Shown: positions 24,395 through 38,199 of the stretch, one piece after another
How positions within the stretch are numbered: the stretch's first letter is position 1
Layout: each line of letters starts with the position of its first letter
Source of the DNA: Octopus sinensis
Lineage: Eukaryota
NCBI RefSeq assembly: GCF_006345805.1
Contig: NC_042999.1
Location: forward strand, 85,746,001 to 85,810,000
Direction of reading: 5' to 3'
Length of the DNA stretch: 64,000 bases
Notes under the pieces: model-generated
What the model saw: only the letters and a program-made list of their open reading frames with translations
Told to the model about the DNA's origin: nothing
Databases searched by the model: none
Made by a program: the position numbers and the translations under genes

Positions 24395-27300
24395 TATAGC
24401 TACTCAAGCCGGTTTTGATCATTTGAGAAGAGTTTTTACATATAGAAAAAGTTAATTTTAGGGCAGTTTAATTTGCATAATTTTTAAAAAAAACGAGCAA
24501 TGGGAAATAACTCTAGTGGATCACAAGCATCTTTTTTATATTCATTTTCTGCTTGCATGACTTGGCCAGGCCTTCTCCAACACAGCAGCTTGCCACTTGT
24601 TGCCTTCCAATGTTATCTACTTAATGAAATTGAGTCTGTTGAGATGGTCTTCAGCACGTCCTTCCGTGTTTCTTTTTCCACAGCTACCTTCCACTTGCAT
24701 GCATTAATACTTCTTTGCTCAGCTGTTATCATCCAAACACATTAAATGTTCAACCCACTATAGTCTTTTCTTCCAAGCACTACATTTGATTCCTTATATC
24801 CAATTTTTCTCTCAGTTCATTTGTACTTCATTATTCATGTACTTTAATATTACATACCCAGCTGTGCATGCTATATTTTTTTCCAGTCTCTGCCCACCTT
24901 TGTCCAAAGCCTATATTTTGCTACTATGCAACATTACACTTTATACACGAGCACCATATGATTTACCTTTTATTCAAACAGAGAATCTCTCTTTTGCTAG
25001 TAGACATGAATTTAGATAAATATGTACTGAATGGAATATGCTATGTTTCTCAATATTAAACTACCTGTGCATAAATTGAGTTCAAAGTCTTTTGTAGGAA
25101 ATTTGAGTAAACTTTTGTGTTTGAAATGTTTAAAATTTATCATGTAAATGTAATTTGAAGCTGTATTAAATTTCTACTTCAGTTTTAAATGGATAAAGTG
25201 TACAGATTAATTTTCAGTTACCATATTTATAACTTTAAACAGGATTGCTTTTCTAATTAGAAGTAAAAATTCAGCACTGCAATACACAGTATATTGTTAA
25301 GAGTATCACTGACGTAAGTGTAAATCTTTGAAAGATACGATTAAAATAAGTGTAAATATTTATAGCAGCTATGGGACCATATATACTTGGATGTTTTCAT
25401 GCATATACTAGATAATCATTAGTATCACTGCCGTAATCCTAGTTTTTTTTTTCCTTTCCTTCATTCACCGAACACATCATTTGGGATTCTGCTACTGATG
25501 CAGCATTTAGGATTGCATTTTGAATTTCGGTTTCTCAAAAATAGTATCTGGTTGAAAATATTCGACCTAAGTATATATGGCATTTATGCAGTGCAGTTGC
25601 TACACACAACTGATTTAAACAGCATCCAAAAGGCCATTTTGACAAAGATTCACTCACCGAATTGCTATACTCGCTGGCTCACACGCACTATTTCTTTTCT
25701 ATGCCTTTCCTACCACTACAGCTTCTGCACTGGACTAGTAAACTACATACATTCACCCTAACTAGTTTCTCATTCAAAAGTTATCTCTCACCACCGGATG
25801 TCGTACACAACACATTTCCCAGTCAATCCTTTTCAAATTCCTCTGGCATCCAACCGGCACTCGCGTCACGTTTATTTTATTTGCAAAGGTTGACTGAGAA
25901 TTTCAAACTAAACATGAACTGCATCGAGTTCACTAGTCCAGAAGGGCCAGCAGAAATCATCGGCACTGTTATCTTCTTGTGATTAACGATAAAAATAATT
26001 GTTTGTTATCTGTATATTGTATGCCGATTAGAATAATCTGTGAAGGAACTTAGTAGGGTGTTAAAAGATAAGTTACGAGGAAAGCGTATCACCGGTGTCT
26101 ATCTAGATTTCTTGAGGTAGACTTGTAACCAAAGTAGAGGCTCCAAATAGTATCAATATCACAGACAGAAAACAATTAAGTGACGACAGTCGTTTACTTT
26201 AGTCCTGATTGAGCAGAACTATAAACAAAGGCGCTCCAAACACGACCATTACATCGTTTTAGGAACGAGGTGTTCTTTTCTTTTGTTAAGTCAGGAGGGT
26301 GTGGATTAAGAGATTTGACTGCTTTTTCTAGCAAGACGAGCAATCCAATTAGTTCACAGCGAGTGTTCCAGCGTGGCGATAATTTGCAAATACATCTGTA
26401 AATTCTCAATTCTTTTAATTTTATTTGTAGTTTTGAAATGAAAATTTAAAAATTCGAATTCATTTTTTCCCTCGCCTTCCCAAAACAGGTTACTTCAGAA
26501 CAACTAGTAACTTAATATATGTTCTAAAATACATAAAGTTTAACGATCTTATATTTTTAGAGAAGGAGACATGCATGCCCTTCTCAAGGACATTAGCGGC
26601 ATAAATCGTGAAATAAAATGGCTTTAAGTGAGAAGTCGCGAGGGTGTTTGCCGTAGAATTTTACCTTGGAGCCAACGAAGAAATCTCTAGATGATCAATC
26701 AACGGTTAAAAAATAGCAGTCAAATCTCCCTCGTATCAGAACCAACTGTCTTTCCATAAGGAAGTGACACATTATACAATTCAGTCTACATACTCTTAAA
26801 AAAAGATGATGTAGCCACGACTGGAATGTCTTTGATAACAGGTCTGTTCAACCAAGGTTAACCTAGGACTAAACAACCTTGAAAGTGATAAAAAAATATA
26901 AAAAAAAGCTGTTCAAAAGATAGGTTTTAAAAAGGTAGCTTGACGACCTACATACTTTTAATTCATATCATAAAGTAAGCACTGATAATATACACGAGAC
27001 CTACTAAATAGATTAGATATTAAATTGGTCGTGTCATAAAAACATTAATCTGATATTAAGTAAAAAGAAAAAAATGTAAATATATTGAAAAAAACATTTG
27101 AATGTCGTGCATAAATTACTTTCTAAGTAGTAGTATCTAGTAGAATATGTATTTCATTAATAAATAATGATAATTTCTATTTAAAAATTAATGTTAAAGG
27201 TTAAAAGGTTAATAAATTGAAATATATTACCAAAACTATAACTATCGGTATTGAAATTATGTTGCTTCAGTTATATCGACTAATTAACATAGTTAATAAT

Positions 27301-27822
27301 TATAGATTTAACTTTTCAATAAGAAAAGGACAAACAGGTTATAAAGGATGTGCTATTTTTTAACAAAAAACAGCATTCTTCGATTTTAGGCTTTTAGATA
27401 GATGATTGTTAAGATTGGAGAGAACATGACACGTTCAGGTTTTTTTCTTTTTCTTTTCTTTTTTTTTGAGCAGATGAAACTTCAAATCGGAAATAAAACG
27501 ATGTTGGCGTGCTTATTGAGACGATATTGCTTAAAGCATAAGAATGTATTATTTTAAATATATTCAGATATAAAACGCCCTTCACAGTAATTGTATTCTC
27601 ACTAAACTTCAAAAACAAATCACGCACGTAGGTCAACAGTCATTACACTAAATCGATTTTTCCAATAAACATGTTTCACTAAGATTGTGGCGGCAATATA
27701 GAAAAATTCAAATATGATAATCAATTCTTCAAAACAATTACTTTCATAGGATAATATATTTTTATTAAACTATAAGTAAAAAGGAAAACATTGGAAATTA
27801 AAAAAACCCAAAAAAAACTCAC

Positions 27823-27927
27823 TTGAGTTCCTTTGCCAGAACCTGGCGGCCCAAGTAATACAGCCTTTACTCCTGGCGTCTGCTCATCTGGTTTTTCAGC
27901 AGTCTGTACATTTTGTAATGGTGCCAT
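27823..27927 (-). CDS. AK2: Adenylate kinase 2, exon 1 (MAPLQ...VLLGPPGSGKGTQ, P-loop)
   Basis: ATG at 27927; adenylate kinase P-loop GPPGSGKGTQ; 105 nt followed by GTGAGT donor, phase 0. Confidence 0.96.
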
Positions 27928-28899
27928 TATTTAACTTCTCCGCCAAAGCTTTCAACTCGAAGGATGGGAAGGAAATGATTTTAAACGATAAAACAGTCAG
28001 AGATGCAATGTTTAACTTTTGCAGTTGGACCCTGCCGTCAAAAAAGATACGGAGAGTGCTTGAAATTAACGCATGCGTGATTGTTATGGGAAGGGACATA
28101 ATTTGCTTCATGTAAATTTATTTAGATCGCCTAATTTTTCTTGTTCAACGCAGAACTGGTTTTGGAGACTAGTTATTCAATGGACTTTGACATATAAAAC
28201 AAATATTTTTCAATAAGTACAGTCTTCTCGTATCAAAAGTAAATATTAAGATATTCGTTCTGTAGGTACTTTTATAGTTATATGGTTATATTTGTTAACG
28301 ATCACAAATATTGATTTTTCATATAACCATGAAGTCTGAGATGCACTACTATAAGAACAAAAAACAAAAAAAACAGGTTAAAATTTTCTACAGCATTAGT
28401 AATTGAAGTAAAGTGTAATACTAGTTGTAGTTTAGTCCAAGGTCAACTCTGATCAAACAGAACTATGACCAAAAAGCTTCTAGCCGTGACCATCCTGCCT
28501 TTTACTTAGATGAAGGGAACCAAAAACAGTACAATCCAACGTTCCCTTTTTTGTTCTGTTAACTAATTTATATTACCAGAATTGCAGGTTATTGGCGAAT
28601 TAGACTGTATATTAGTTATACTAATTCTCATTCTCATCAATTTGTAGTTGCTAAGAGCTTCTGTAACTTTGGATTGATTGGCAATGATCTAGTTGATGTG
28701 TCTTCGCTTAGCTTTAATTTGTATGAAGGTCTAAGACCAATTGATAATTTCAGGACATCTATTGCTTAAATTCCTTCAACTGAAGATAAAAGTTGTCCTA
28801 CTAGACCAGTGGCTATTCAGTTCAAAAACGAGATATATAAGGAATTAATAAGATTACAGAATTAGGAATTAATAAGACTACATTAATAATAATAATGTC

Positions 28900-29419
28900 C
28901 AGGTTTGTAATATTGTAATAATAATTGACAGGGTTGAAGACCAGACAATCTTCAATCTGATCTGTTAGCTGTTATCCAATGGGCGGAGAAACATAATATG
29001 CAGCTAAACGAGAAAAAATTCAACCTAATCCACTTCTGTAAAGAGACTGCATTCCAACAACCATACAGTCTTTCCTCGGGCGAAACCCCCGTGGCATCAA
29101 GCACTGTTAGAGATCTGGGTGTTACTGTTTGATTTTCCTCTTATTACAACAACAAAATAAGCTGGAGTGCTCACAGCAAAGTTGTCATGGCTCGCAGGAC
29201 TTTCCGGTCTAGAGACGTCCCTACCTTTATCCTACTTTTCTCTACTTTTGCTCGCCATCACCTTGAATATTATGATACGATACAGAATATGTATGATATT
29301 ATGATACGATACAGAATATGAAAATTGAAACTCCTCAGAGATAAATCACAAAAAAAAAGATGAATTGACAAGCCTTGACTATTGGGATCAACTCAAAAAG
29401 CTCAAGCTTTACTCCCTCC
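28900..29419 (+). mobile_element. CR1/L2-like LINE RT 3' relic, left part (interrupted by the LTR element)
   Basis: Translates LQSDL.AV..WAEKHNMQLNEKKF, RDLGV, LKKLKLYSL; continues after the LTR element as QRRREC/Y. Confidence 0.75.
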
Positions 29420-31359
29420 TGTTATGTAATCATCACAACAAACATGAACAATCAACGTTGCCCATTGTCCCCCTTGATACAAGGACATTCAGTTTGTTTC
29501 CCGCCACAACAAATACCTTGTACAACAACGGCAGTCTAATAAAGTATCTCGTATCGTTAACACGTTTTTTCAGTCTCTCTCATTTTCTTAATCTTTCATA
29601 CTAAGTACTCACTACTTCCTTTAATACTCAATACATTATATATATATATATAACAACAACATGTTGTCAGAATACTAAAAGAACCCAAAATACAGAAACC
29701 AAAAGAAAAAAGAAGTTGAAATCATACTTCAAAGACGAAATGGAAAATTTACCGCATCCAAAAGACCTAGACTTTAATCAGGAAAATCTAGCCGCAAGCA
29801 TGGAAAAAATGGAAAAAAGAATTCAATCTTTTTTTGATAGCAACAGAAAGTGACATGAAGCCAGACAAAGTAAAAACTTCAATGTTTTTAACTTGCATCG
29901 GTTCCAAAGGCCGAGACATCCATTCCACTCTGGATTTCGATTCACCCGACGAAGAAATTAACCTTCAAACAGTAATCGAAAAATTCGATGCATATTGTGA
30001 ACCCAGGAAAAACATAACTTTCCTGAGACACAAATTCTTCACATGTGGACAAGCGGAACATCAAAAATTCGATGAGTACGTGGTAGAGTTACGCCAAAAG
30101 GCACAACAGTGCGAATTCGGCAACCTCACAGGCAGTCTCACCAAAGATATTCTGATATGTGGAATCAAAGACATGATTAACACATGCTCATACTGCATCG
30201 ACTACAAAAACCAACAATCAGCCGAACCACTAATAAACCATGAAATACCTACTACACCATGGACCAAAGTGGGTACAGACGTATTTCACCTGTCTGGAAA
30301 TTCGTATGTCACAATTATTGACTATACAACAAGATTTTTTGATCTACACGAAATAAATGATTGCCAGTCAAAAACCGTAATCAAAAAATTAAAAGAAACT
30401 TTTGCTAAATTCGGAATTCCGCAAACAGTTGTAAGTGACAACGGTCCAGAATTCAATTCGGCTGAATTCAAAAAATTTGCAAAAAATTGGCATTTTCATC
30501 ACACGAAAACAAGCCCGCATTATCATCAAGCGAATGGCATGGTTGAGAGAAATATACAGACAATAAAAAAGACGCTAAAAAAGGCATTCAAAAGTGGCGA
30601 AGAACCTCAGTTAGCGCTCTTAGCATTACGCACGACTAAATTACAAAATGGTGCACCATCCCCTGCAAATCAAATAATGAATAGAACATTGCGAACAAAT
30701 CTCCCAAACATACTACACGACAAAATTGGTATCAGGCCTCACGAAAAGAAGAAATCAAACATTACAACAGAGCTCCCAGAGTTAAAACCACACGACACGG
30801 TTAGAATTAAGTTTAACAACAACTGGTTTAGAAGGGGCAAAATAATAAAAAAAACTCGTTCATACTTAGTAATAACAGAGGAAGGTAATACAGTCAAACG
30901 AAATAGACAACATATTCTTAAAACAAACGAACACGTTCGCATAACAGAAGAATTAGATTATGAAAATATATTTCCAAAGTCAACAAACACGCATGAAAAA
31001 ACAAAAACAGCGCAACTACAGAATTCAACACTATAAAATAATAAAACCACAAAAAGTGGACGACGAATAATTATTCCCTGTAGATACAGATGATGATAAT
31101 AAAAAAAAAAAAAAAGGAAGATGTTATGTAATCATCACAACAAACATGAACAATCAACGTTGCCCATTGTCTCCCTTGATACAAGGACATTCAGTTTGTT
31201 TCCCGCCACAACAAATACCTTGTACAACAACGGCAGTCTAATAAAGTATCTCGTATCGTTAACACGTTTTTTCAGTCTCTCTCATTTTCTTAATCTTTCA
31301 TACTAAGTACTCACTACTTCCTTTAATACTCAATACATTATATTTATATAACAACAACA
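29420..31359 (+). mobile_element. 1.94-kb internally deleted Ty3/Gypsy LTR retrotransposon encoding a Gag-integrase fusion
   Basis: LTRs 29420-29661 and 31122-31359 (TG...CA, nearly identical); PBS-like TGTTGTCAGAA after 5' LTR; purine tract before 3' LTR; flanks CCTCC/CATCC (5-bp TSD, 1 mismatch); ORF 29834-31036. Confidence 0.93.
29834..31036 (+). CDS. Gag N-terminal part fused in frame to integrase (partial zinc finger, rve core with D,D35E, C-terminal domain)
   Basis: Gag-like TCIG...F..YC.P.KN....R..F..C.Q....D.YV..LR..A..C.F, then CSYC, W..VGTDVF, VSDNGPEF, exactly 35 residues to VER; the ATG at 29740 lies one frame off. Confidence 0.85.
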   Translation: MIATESDMKPDKVKTSMFLTCIGSKGRDIHSTLDFDSPDEEINLQTVIEKFDAYCEPRKNITFLRHKFFTCGQAEHQKFDEYVVELRQKAQQCEFGNLTGSLTKDILICGIKDMINTCSYCIDYKNQQSAEPLINHEIPTTPWTKVGTDVFHLSGNSYVTIIDYTTRFFDLHEINDCQSKTVIKKLKETFAKFGIPQTVVSDNGPEFNSAEFKKFAKNWHFHHTKTSPHYHQANGMVERNIQTIKKTLKKAFKSGEEPQLALLALRTTKLQNGAPSPANQIMNRTLRTNLPNILHDKIGIRPHEKKKSNITTELPELKPHDTVRIKFNNNWFRRGKIIKKTRSYLVITEEGNTVKRNRQHILKTNEHVRITEELDYENIFPKSTNTHEKTKTAQLQNSTL

Positions 31360-31800
31360 CATCCAACGCCGCCGTGAGTGCTATATCATCTGTATGATGT
31401 GGAAAATATTCCATCAACATAGCCCAAATGACATAGTTATCATCTTTAAAATTTATCCGAGGCTTGGCCCCACTGCCATCCGTCCACTACAAAAATCATG
31501 TTCGTGTCGTATCATAACACTACGACAGAACTATTTCACCTCAACTGGCCCTGCTCTCTTCAACATCGTGTCAGCCCACATAAAGAAGAAAGTGATTTCA
31601 CGGCATTCAAATGATCCCTAGATGATTACTTCCAACAAATACCAGACAAACCATCCACACCTGGATATTCTCTGAAAGCGATAACTCTCTGCTCGAATGG
31701 GCTATGATGCCCAAGAGCTGACTGTGTATCTCTTCCAGGTGGTGCTATTAAATTAGATATGGCCTGGTCCAACTTCGGCTAAAACTTATCTAAGTAATCT
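31360..31800 (+). mobile_element. CR1/L2-like LINE relic, right part and 3' tail
   Basis: Resumes (L)QRRRE.YII..WKI directly after the TSD, so the two halves are one element. Confidence 0.7.
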
Positions 31801-32069
31801 GTATGAAAGTATTAAAAAAGCACTGTTCGTTTAGGCACGATAAAAAGGTTAGAAGCTTGTTAGGTGCGCAGATTATAAAGTACACAGGGGGCCAACACAA
31901 AAGAGACAACAAAACTCGTGGGGACACACAATATGAAAAAAATAAAATTGAAAATTAAAATAAAACGTGTGATAATATGAATGGTAATATGAAAATGATA
32001 ATGAAAATGTGCTGCATACGTCAAGAAGCATCACTTACTTCCATTTTATCTTTTAAATCTTTTGTCTGT

Positions 32070-33560
32070 AGCGTAGCCCGGTGATATCCTCACTGTTTGA
32101 GAGATATATTAGAAATGATCTCGTGTTAGATAGCAACCATCTTCGGCTATTTAGCCCCTGTTGTGTCCACTGCTCTGAATGGCTGGCATTCAAAACTTCT
32201 TAACGACGGACAGCAACGTACTGGCAGTTTAACGGCTGGCGCAAAATTTTGAACTTCATGTAAAAGAAAATTCCTAAATACCAAGTCTTGCAGTGATTCT
32301 TTCTCACGGCAGTAGACTCACCATGGCAGGCATTGAAAACTTCGTCATGACGGACGGCAGCACATTGACGATTTAAAGGCTTGCGCAAATTTTTTAGCTT
32401 GATATAACAGAGAATTCCTAAACACCCCCTCCTGTAAATTTTAATCCCTTTCCAGTCCCATTTAGATCCCCTTTTCACATAAAAATCCAATTTGTATCAA
32501 CGTAATAATTCACAGTTCTAAAAGACCTGTGGCGGGAATATTTAAACTTTGGCGGTTGTCAACGCTTTCTCTCTGTGGATACAAATAGACGTACAGTGAG
32601 AGAGGTGGTGGTAGAAAGAGTGACAGGGAGACGGCGAAGCTGTCAAACGTCGTTATAGAGAGAAATTGGAGGGAAGAAAGGAATGAGAGAGATCGAGGAA
32701 GACAGGGTGATATGCGAAAGAGAGAAACGAGAAACACTTGTCAAAGTCTGGGTTTTGTTGCCGTAGTAACCACAGCTTTTGAGATAGGGATTTCTAACCC
32801 AGTCCAGTCGCTTCCTCGCCTCTTTTTACATGTCCCTGTAAATTTTGGCGCGAATCCGACCCCATCTACTGGCCCTTAACCCGTTCCAATCACAAAATGA
32901 GACAAACAAACTTTTCACATTTCAGCTTTATAGATATTGATCAATCATAAATATCAGGCAGTAACAACGGAAAGCATACTTGCCTTTTGTACGTGCCACT
33001 ATTTGAGCGATTAAAAATGAGGAAAAATGTATTTCTTTGTTAAATTTAATACATATTTTGGGAATTTTTCGACGATTGACCATGCAAATGAAAGCTCTAT
33101 ACAAAGGCTACATGTAGCTGTAAATTTCTTTCAGAAAAAATTAAAACTGTAAACAATAAACAATAAAAGGGAAAAATACGTAAAAATGAGAAATTTTTTT
33201 CAACTTCAGAAATCTTGCCTTAATTTTCAAAATTTCGAACCCATTTTCCGCGCTTAAATTACAAATCCACTTCCACTTTACCATGTTGAAAATTTGATTG
33301 AAATCGGGCAAAAGGTGTCCAATGTAGACCCCCAAGTGTCTCCAAAAATCAATAAAATCCCAGTTTTCACAGCAAAGCAATCACTATAGCGCCCTAAAAC
33401 GTCTCCCAATCAATTTCTCGCCTCAAGTTACCCCCTCCTGTAAATTCTAATCCCCGTCCAACCCCATTTAGACCCTTTTTACATAAAAATCCAATTTGTA
33501 TCGCCTTCTTCATTTTATAGATTATATTAGATGCCAATCGCGCCAATCTGGAGGGGCTTA
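32070..33560 (-). mobile_element. Related Helitron-N-like modules (cluster, left)
   Basis: About 290-bp block 32190-32490 is homologous to 34475-34765; blocks 32510-32660 and 32770-32930 recur at 36003-36160 and 35780-35930; ...TTTATAGAT 5'-type ends near 32934 and 33525. Confidence 0.55.
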
Positions 33561-33589
33561 GAGCCCCCTTGAATTGATAAAAAATCACT

Positions 33590-34820
<1,231 letters not shown>

Positions 34821-34948
34821 TGAGGAATTTTGTCCTAGAGGTGACGCCTTTCATTTGAGGAAAAAAATAGTTGTCATGCAAACTTGCCAGCACTTTTAAC
34901 ATAGGTGTGCATATTTTCAGCTGAATCGACCGACTACGTAATGCACAC

Positions 34949-35165
<217 letters not shown>

Positions 35166-35529
35166 ACAAATGTATACAAATGAGATATATATCTGTATAA
35201 ATTAAATTAGAGATAAAACTACTAATAGGCAAATCAAACAGTGAAAAACCAAAAACAAAAACATAAAAAAAATATAATATATAAAATATATAAAATATAA
35301 AATTGAAAAATTTAAATTATTTAAATTGAAAATAAAAATTATTAAATTATATTTATAATTTGTTTAAAAATATATATAACTATGAAAAAGTATGAAAAAG
35401 TTTAATATACATAAATACAGATATATACACTTTGTATATATACATTATATATACATATTTATATATAGAACACACACACATATAAATGAACGCAAGAATA
35501 TCTGATTCATAATATTTGTTCTAATGTTC

Positions 35530-36165
35530 GTGTGTTGTTGGTGACAGACAGATACTTAAAAGAACGCCGATGTGATGGGAAGGTACGAGACAGAGTGAGT
35601 GAAAAAGAGAGGATATTTCCTCTTTTTCACTCACTCTGTTTCCTACCTTCCCATCTTCTGAGAGTGAGTTTATGAAGACAGATACTTTAAATAACGGTAG
35701 TGGACTTGTCAACGTTGTAAATGAAGAGGAGTGAGAGGGTAATTGAGGAAATAGCGTGAGTGAGGAAGATGGCCCCTAGCAACCACACCTTTTAAGCTAG
35801 GGATTTCTAAGGTAGCCCACGAGCATCGTCACCTCATTCTACATGTCCCTGTAAATTTTGGAGCGAATCGGACGGGATGTAGTGGCATTGAAAGCGATCC
35901 AAGCGCTAAAAACGCATTTCAGTTTTATATAGAGAGATTAACACAATATATCTGATTAATAATATCTGTTATGATTGTGCTGTTGTGGTGGGCGATAATA
36001 ATTCACCGTTCTAAAAGACCTGTGGCGGGAATATTTAAACTTTTGCGGCTGTCAACGTTTTTCCTCTATAGATACAGACAGATGTACAGTGAGAGAGGTG
36101 GTGGAAGAAAGTGACAGAGAGCCGAAGCTGTCAAACGTCGTTATAGAGAGAAATTGGAGGGTTAG
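35530..36165 (-). mobile_element. Related Helitron-N-like modules (cluster, right)
   Basis: Shares tacatgtccctgtaaattttgg and ctaaaagacctgtggcgggaatatttaaac modules with the 32.5-32.9 kb region. Confidence 0.55.
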
Positions 36166-38199
36166 TGTTAGGGTTATAGCCTTGCAAGCTCTATTGCACT
36201 CATGCACATGCAACTCTATTATGCATCTACTGCCATGTTGCAACACGTCTGCGTCAGCTCAATTCTTCTCCCGACTTGAAGCAAGTCGGATGATCACATG
36301 CTCTGTGCTCATGTTTAGACATAATTCCCCCCTGTTAGACCCCTGTTTGGTCACGTAATTAACAGAGAAAATTATGTCTCAGCAATTACTCAGCAATTAC
36401 TCACGACAACAGCACCAGACGCATTTCACTGCTGAAAAACATTCCAAGGCATTTACCATGCATTTCTTTCTCTCCTTCGATCGTTCGTTTCTTTTCCAGG
36501 AACCTCACTGGCGAGGGGAGTGATGTAGTGGATCTTGCATGCATGAATTGGATTCGATCCACTATAGCCATGTTTAAATTAACACTGCAACAGAACTTTT
36601 CCTACGGTGGAACAATGGTTTTTCTCTGACAGCAGTTTTCCATTTTCCAGATGCTTTTAGCTAGGCCGAAATAATGTCTTCGCCACTTGACCCTTTCTAA
36701 CCTCTTCTACTTCCCCAAAAGCTAGAATAGAGATAACAAGATCACCAATTAAATCTATTGTTCTCAATGATATATCTATTCTTCTAGATAGTTATAAAAG
36801 CAAGCATACCCCAAGCAAAAATCAGTTAGTCACAGTCAGTGACGACTCAACGAAGTCTGGCTGACCAGCTAGAGGATTGGTCAGAGGGAGAAATGAAGTT
36901 TACTGTCAGCAACTGTGAGACAGCGTCCCACACCCTACAACTCTCACTAGCTTTAATTCTGTTCTATCACAACATCATTCTATCTCTCTCTGTATTTACT
37001 ACTAAACAATGAAGAGGACACAAACACAAACTTTACTTCGCATGCTTTTGGATTTATTATAACCTGTCCGTTGAGGCAAGGTATTGTAACGTAAAAGTGA
37101 ATGAATATTTTCTTAAAACTTTATGCATTGTTCGTCTTTCACATCCTACAGTGTGCGATTATAACAACAAATCTTTATCGTTTACCAATCAAATCTTACC
37201 CGTTACAATTGGTAACTACACTACAACAAAATCTTTAATCGTTACACTTATGAGATACAGGAATTCTTTTCCTTGCGACAAATTCTTTGTTGACCAGTGT
37301 TATTCTTTTCGTAGTTTACAAATCCAAGCATGAAAACGTTACTCAACTTTGGAGTTTTGGAGACAGACGCCCCCTTTTCACACACATACACATGCACATA
37401 CACATGCACTTATATATCAATGATGTACACAAATACATGACATATGCATAATACTGAAATACGCATGATGTAAGCACGTGCAGACAAATATATTAAAATA
37501 ACAAATTAAAAAGAATAATAAAAAATAAATCAATGAAGAGATAAAAGGAACAGTAAGATGATACATGTTGATTTTATTAGGTATTTCTGTTTATTTAGAA
37601 ACCTGCAATGAACAGGTCAGACGCTAAACTATAAATTTCACAGGGTATATCATTAAAGTTGACACCGCTCCACTAAACGCAGAAAAGTTCTGTCTCACTA
37701 TTTTTTTTTTTTTCGATTTTTAAACCTGTGTACCACTTTTCTCCAATATTTCTCTCCACAACATTATACCTTCAAAACAATGAGACTGGAAGGCTACATT
37801 ATTATAGCTGATTTTCAGGTTTTTCACTTCCTTTGTTTAGTTTGACCTAATTTAGGTACGAAGATAATGTGAAGGTGTGTAGCTTAGTTGTTAGGGTATT
37901 CAGTTGGCGATCATTTGGTCATGAGTTCAATTCTCCTTTTTTTTTTTTTTTGCATTTCAGTGCTTTTGATCTTGAACTGAACTATTCAACAGTTTATCTT
38001 CTTTATCTTGTTTTGTTCTATTCTCTCTGCCATTTTGGAGGATGTCGCATGTGTGTGACTCTTGAAACTTTTTTGATAGCACTCTGTAAAGTTTTACTAC
38101 CTTTCTTCTCTTTTCCTATCTCCCTCTTTTTTCTTTTTTTCTTCTTTTTTCTCCCTCCCCTCCCTATTCTTGTATATTTGTTGCTCTTTATTTCCCAAT

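Noticed and set aside
27896-28115. Overlapping ORFs on both strands at the AK2 start
   Set aside because: No recognisable homology; they overlap the presumed 5' UTR/promoter; the TSS is unknown, so a uORF role cannot be supported
37875-37935. tRNA gene
   Set aside because: Has A/B-box-like motifs but no acceptor-stem closure; interpreted as a truncated tRNA-derived SINE head. The same applies to the heads near 606, 22628, 42910 and 54240
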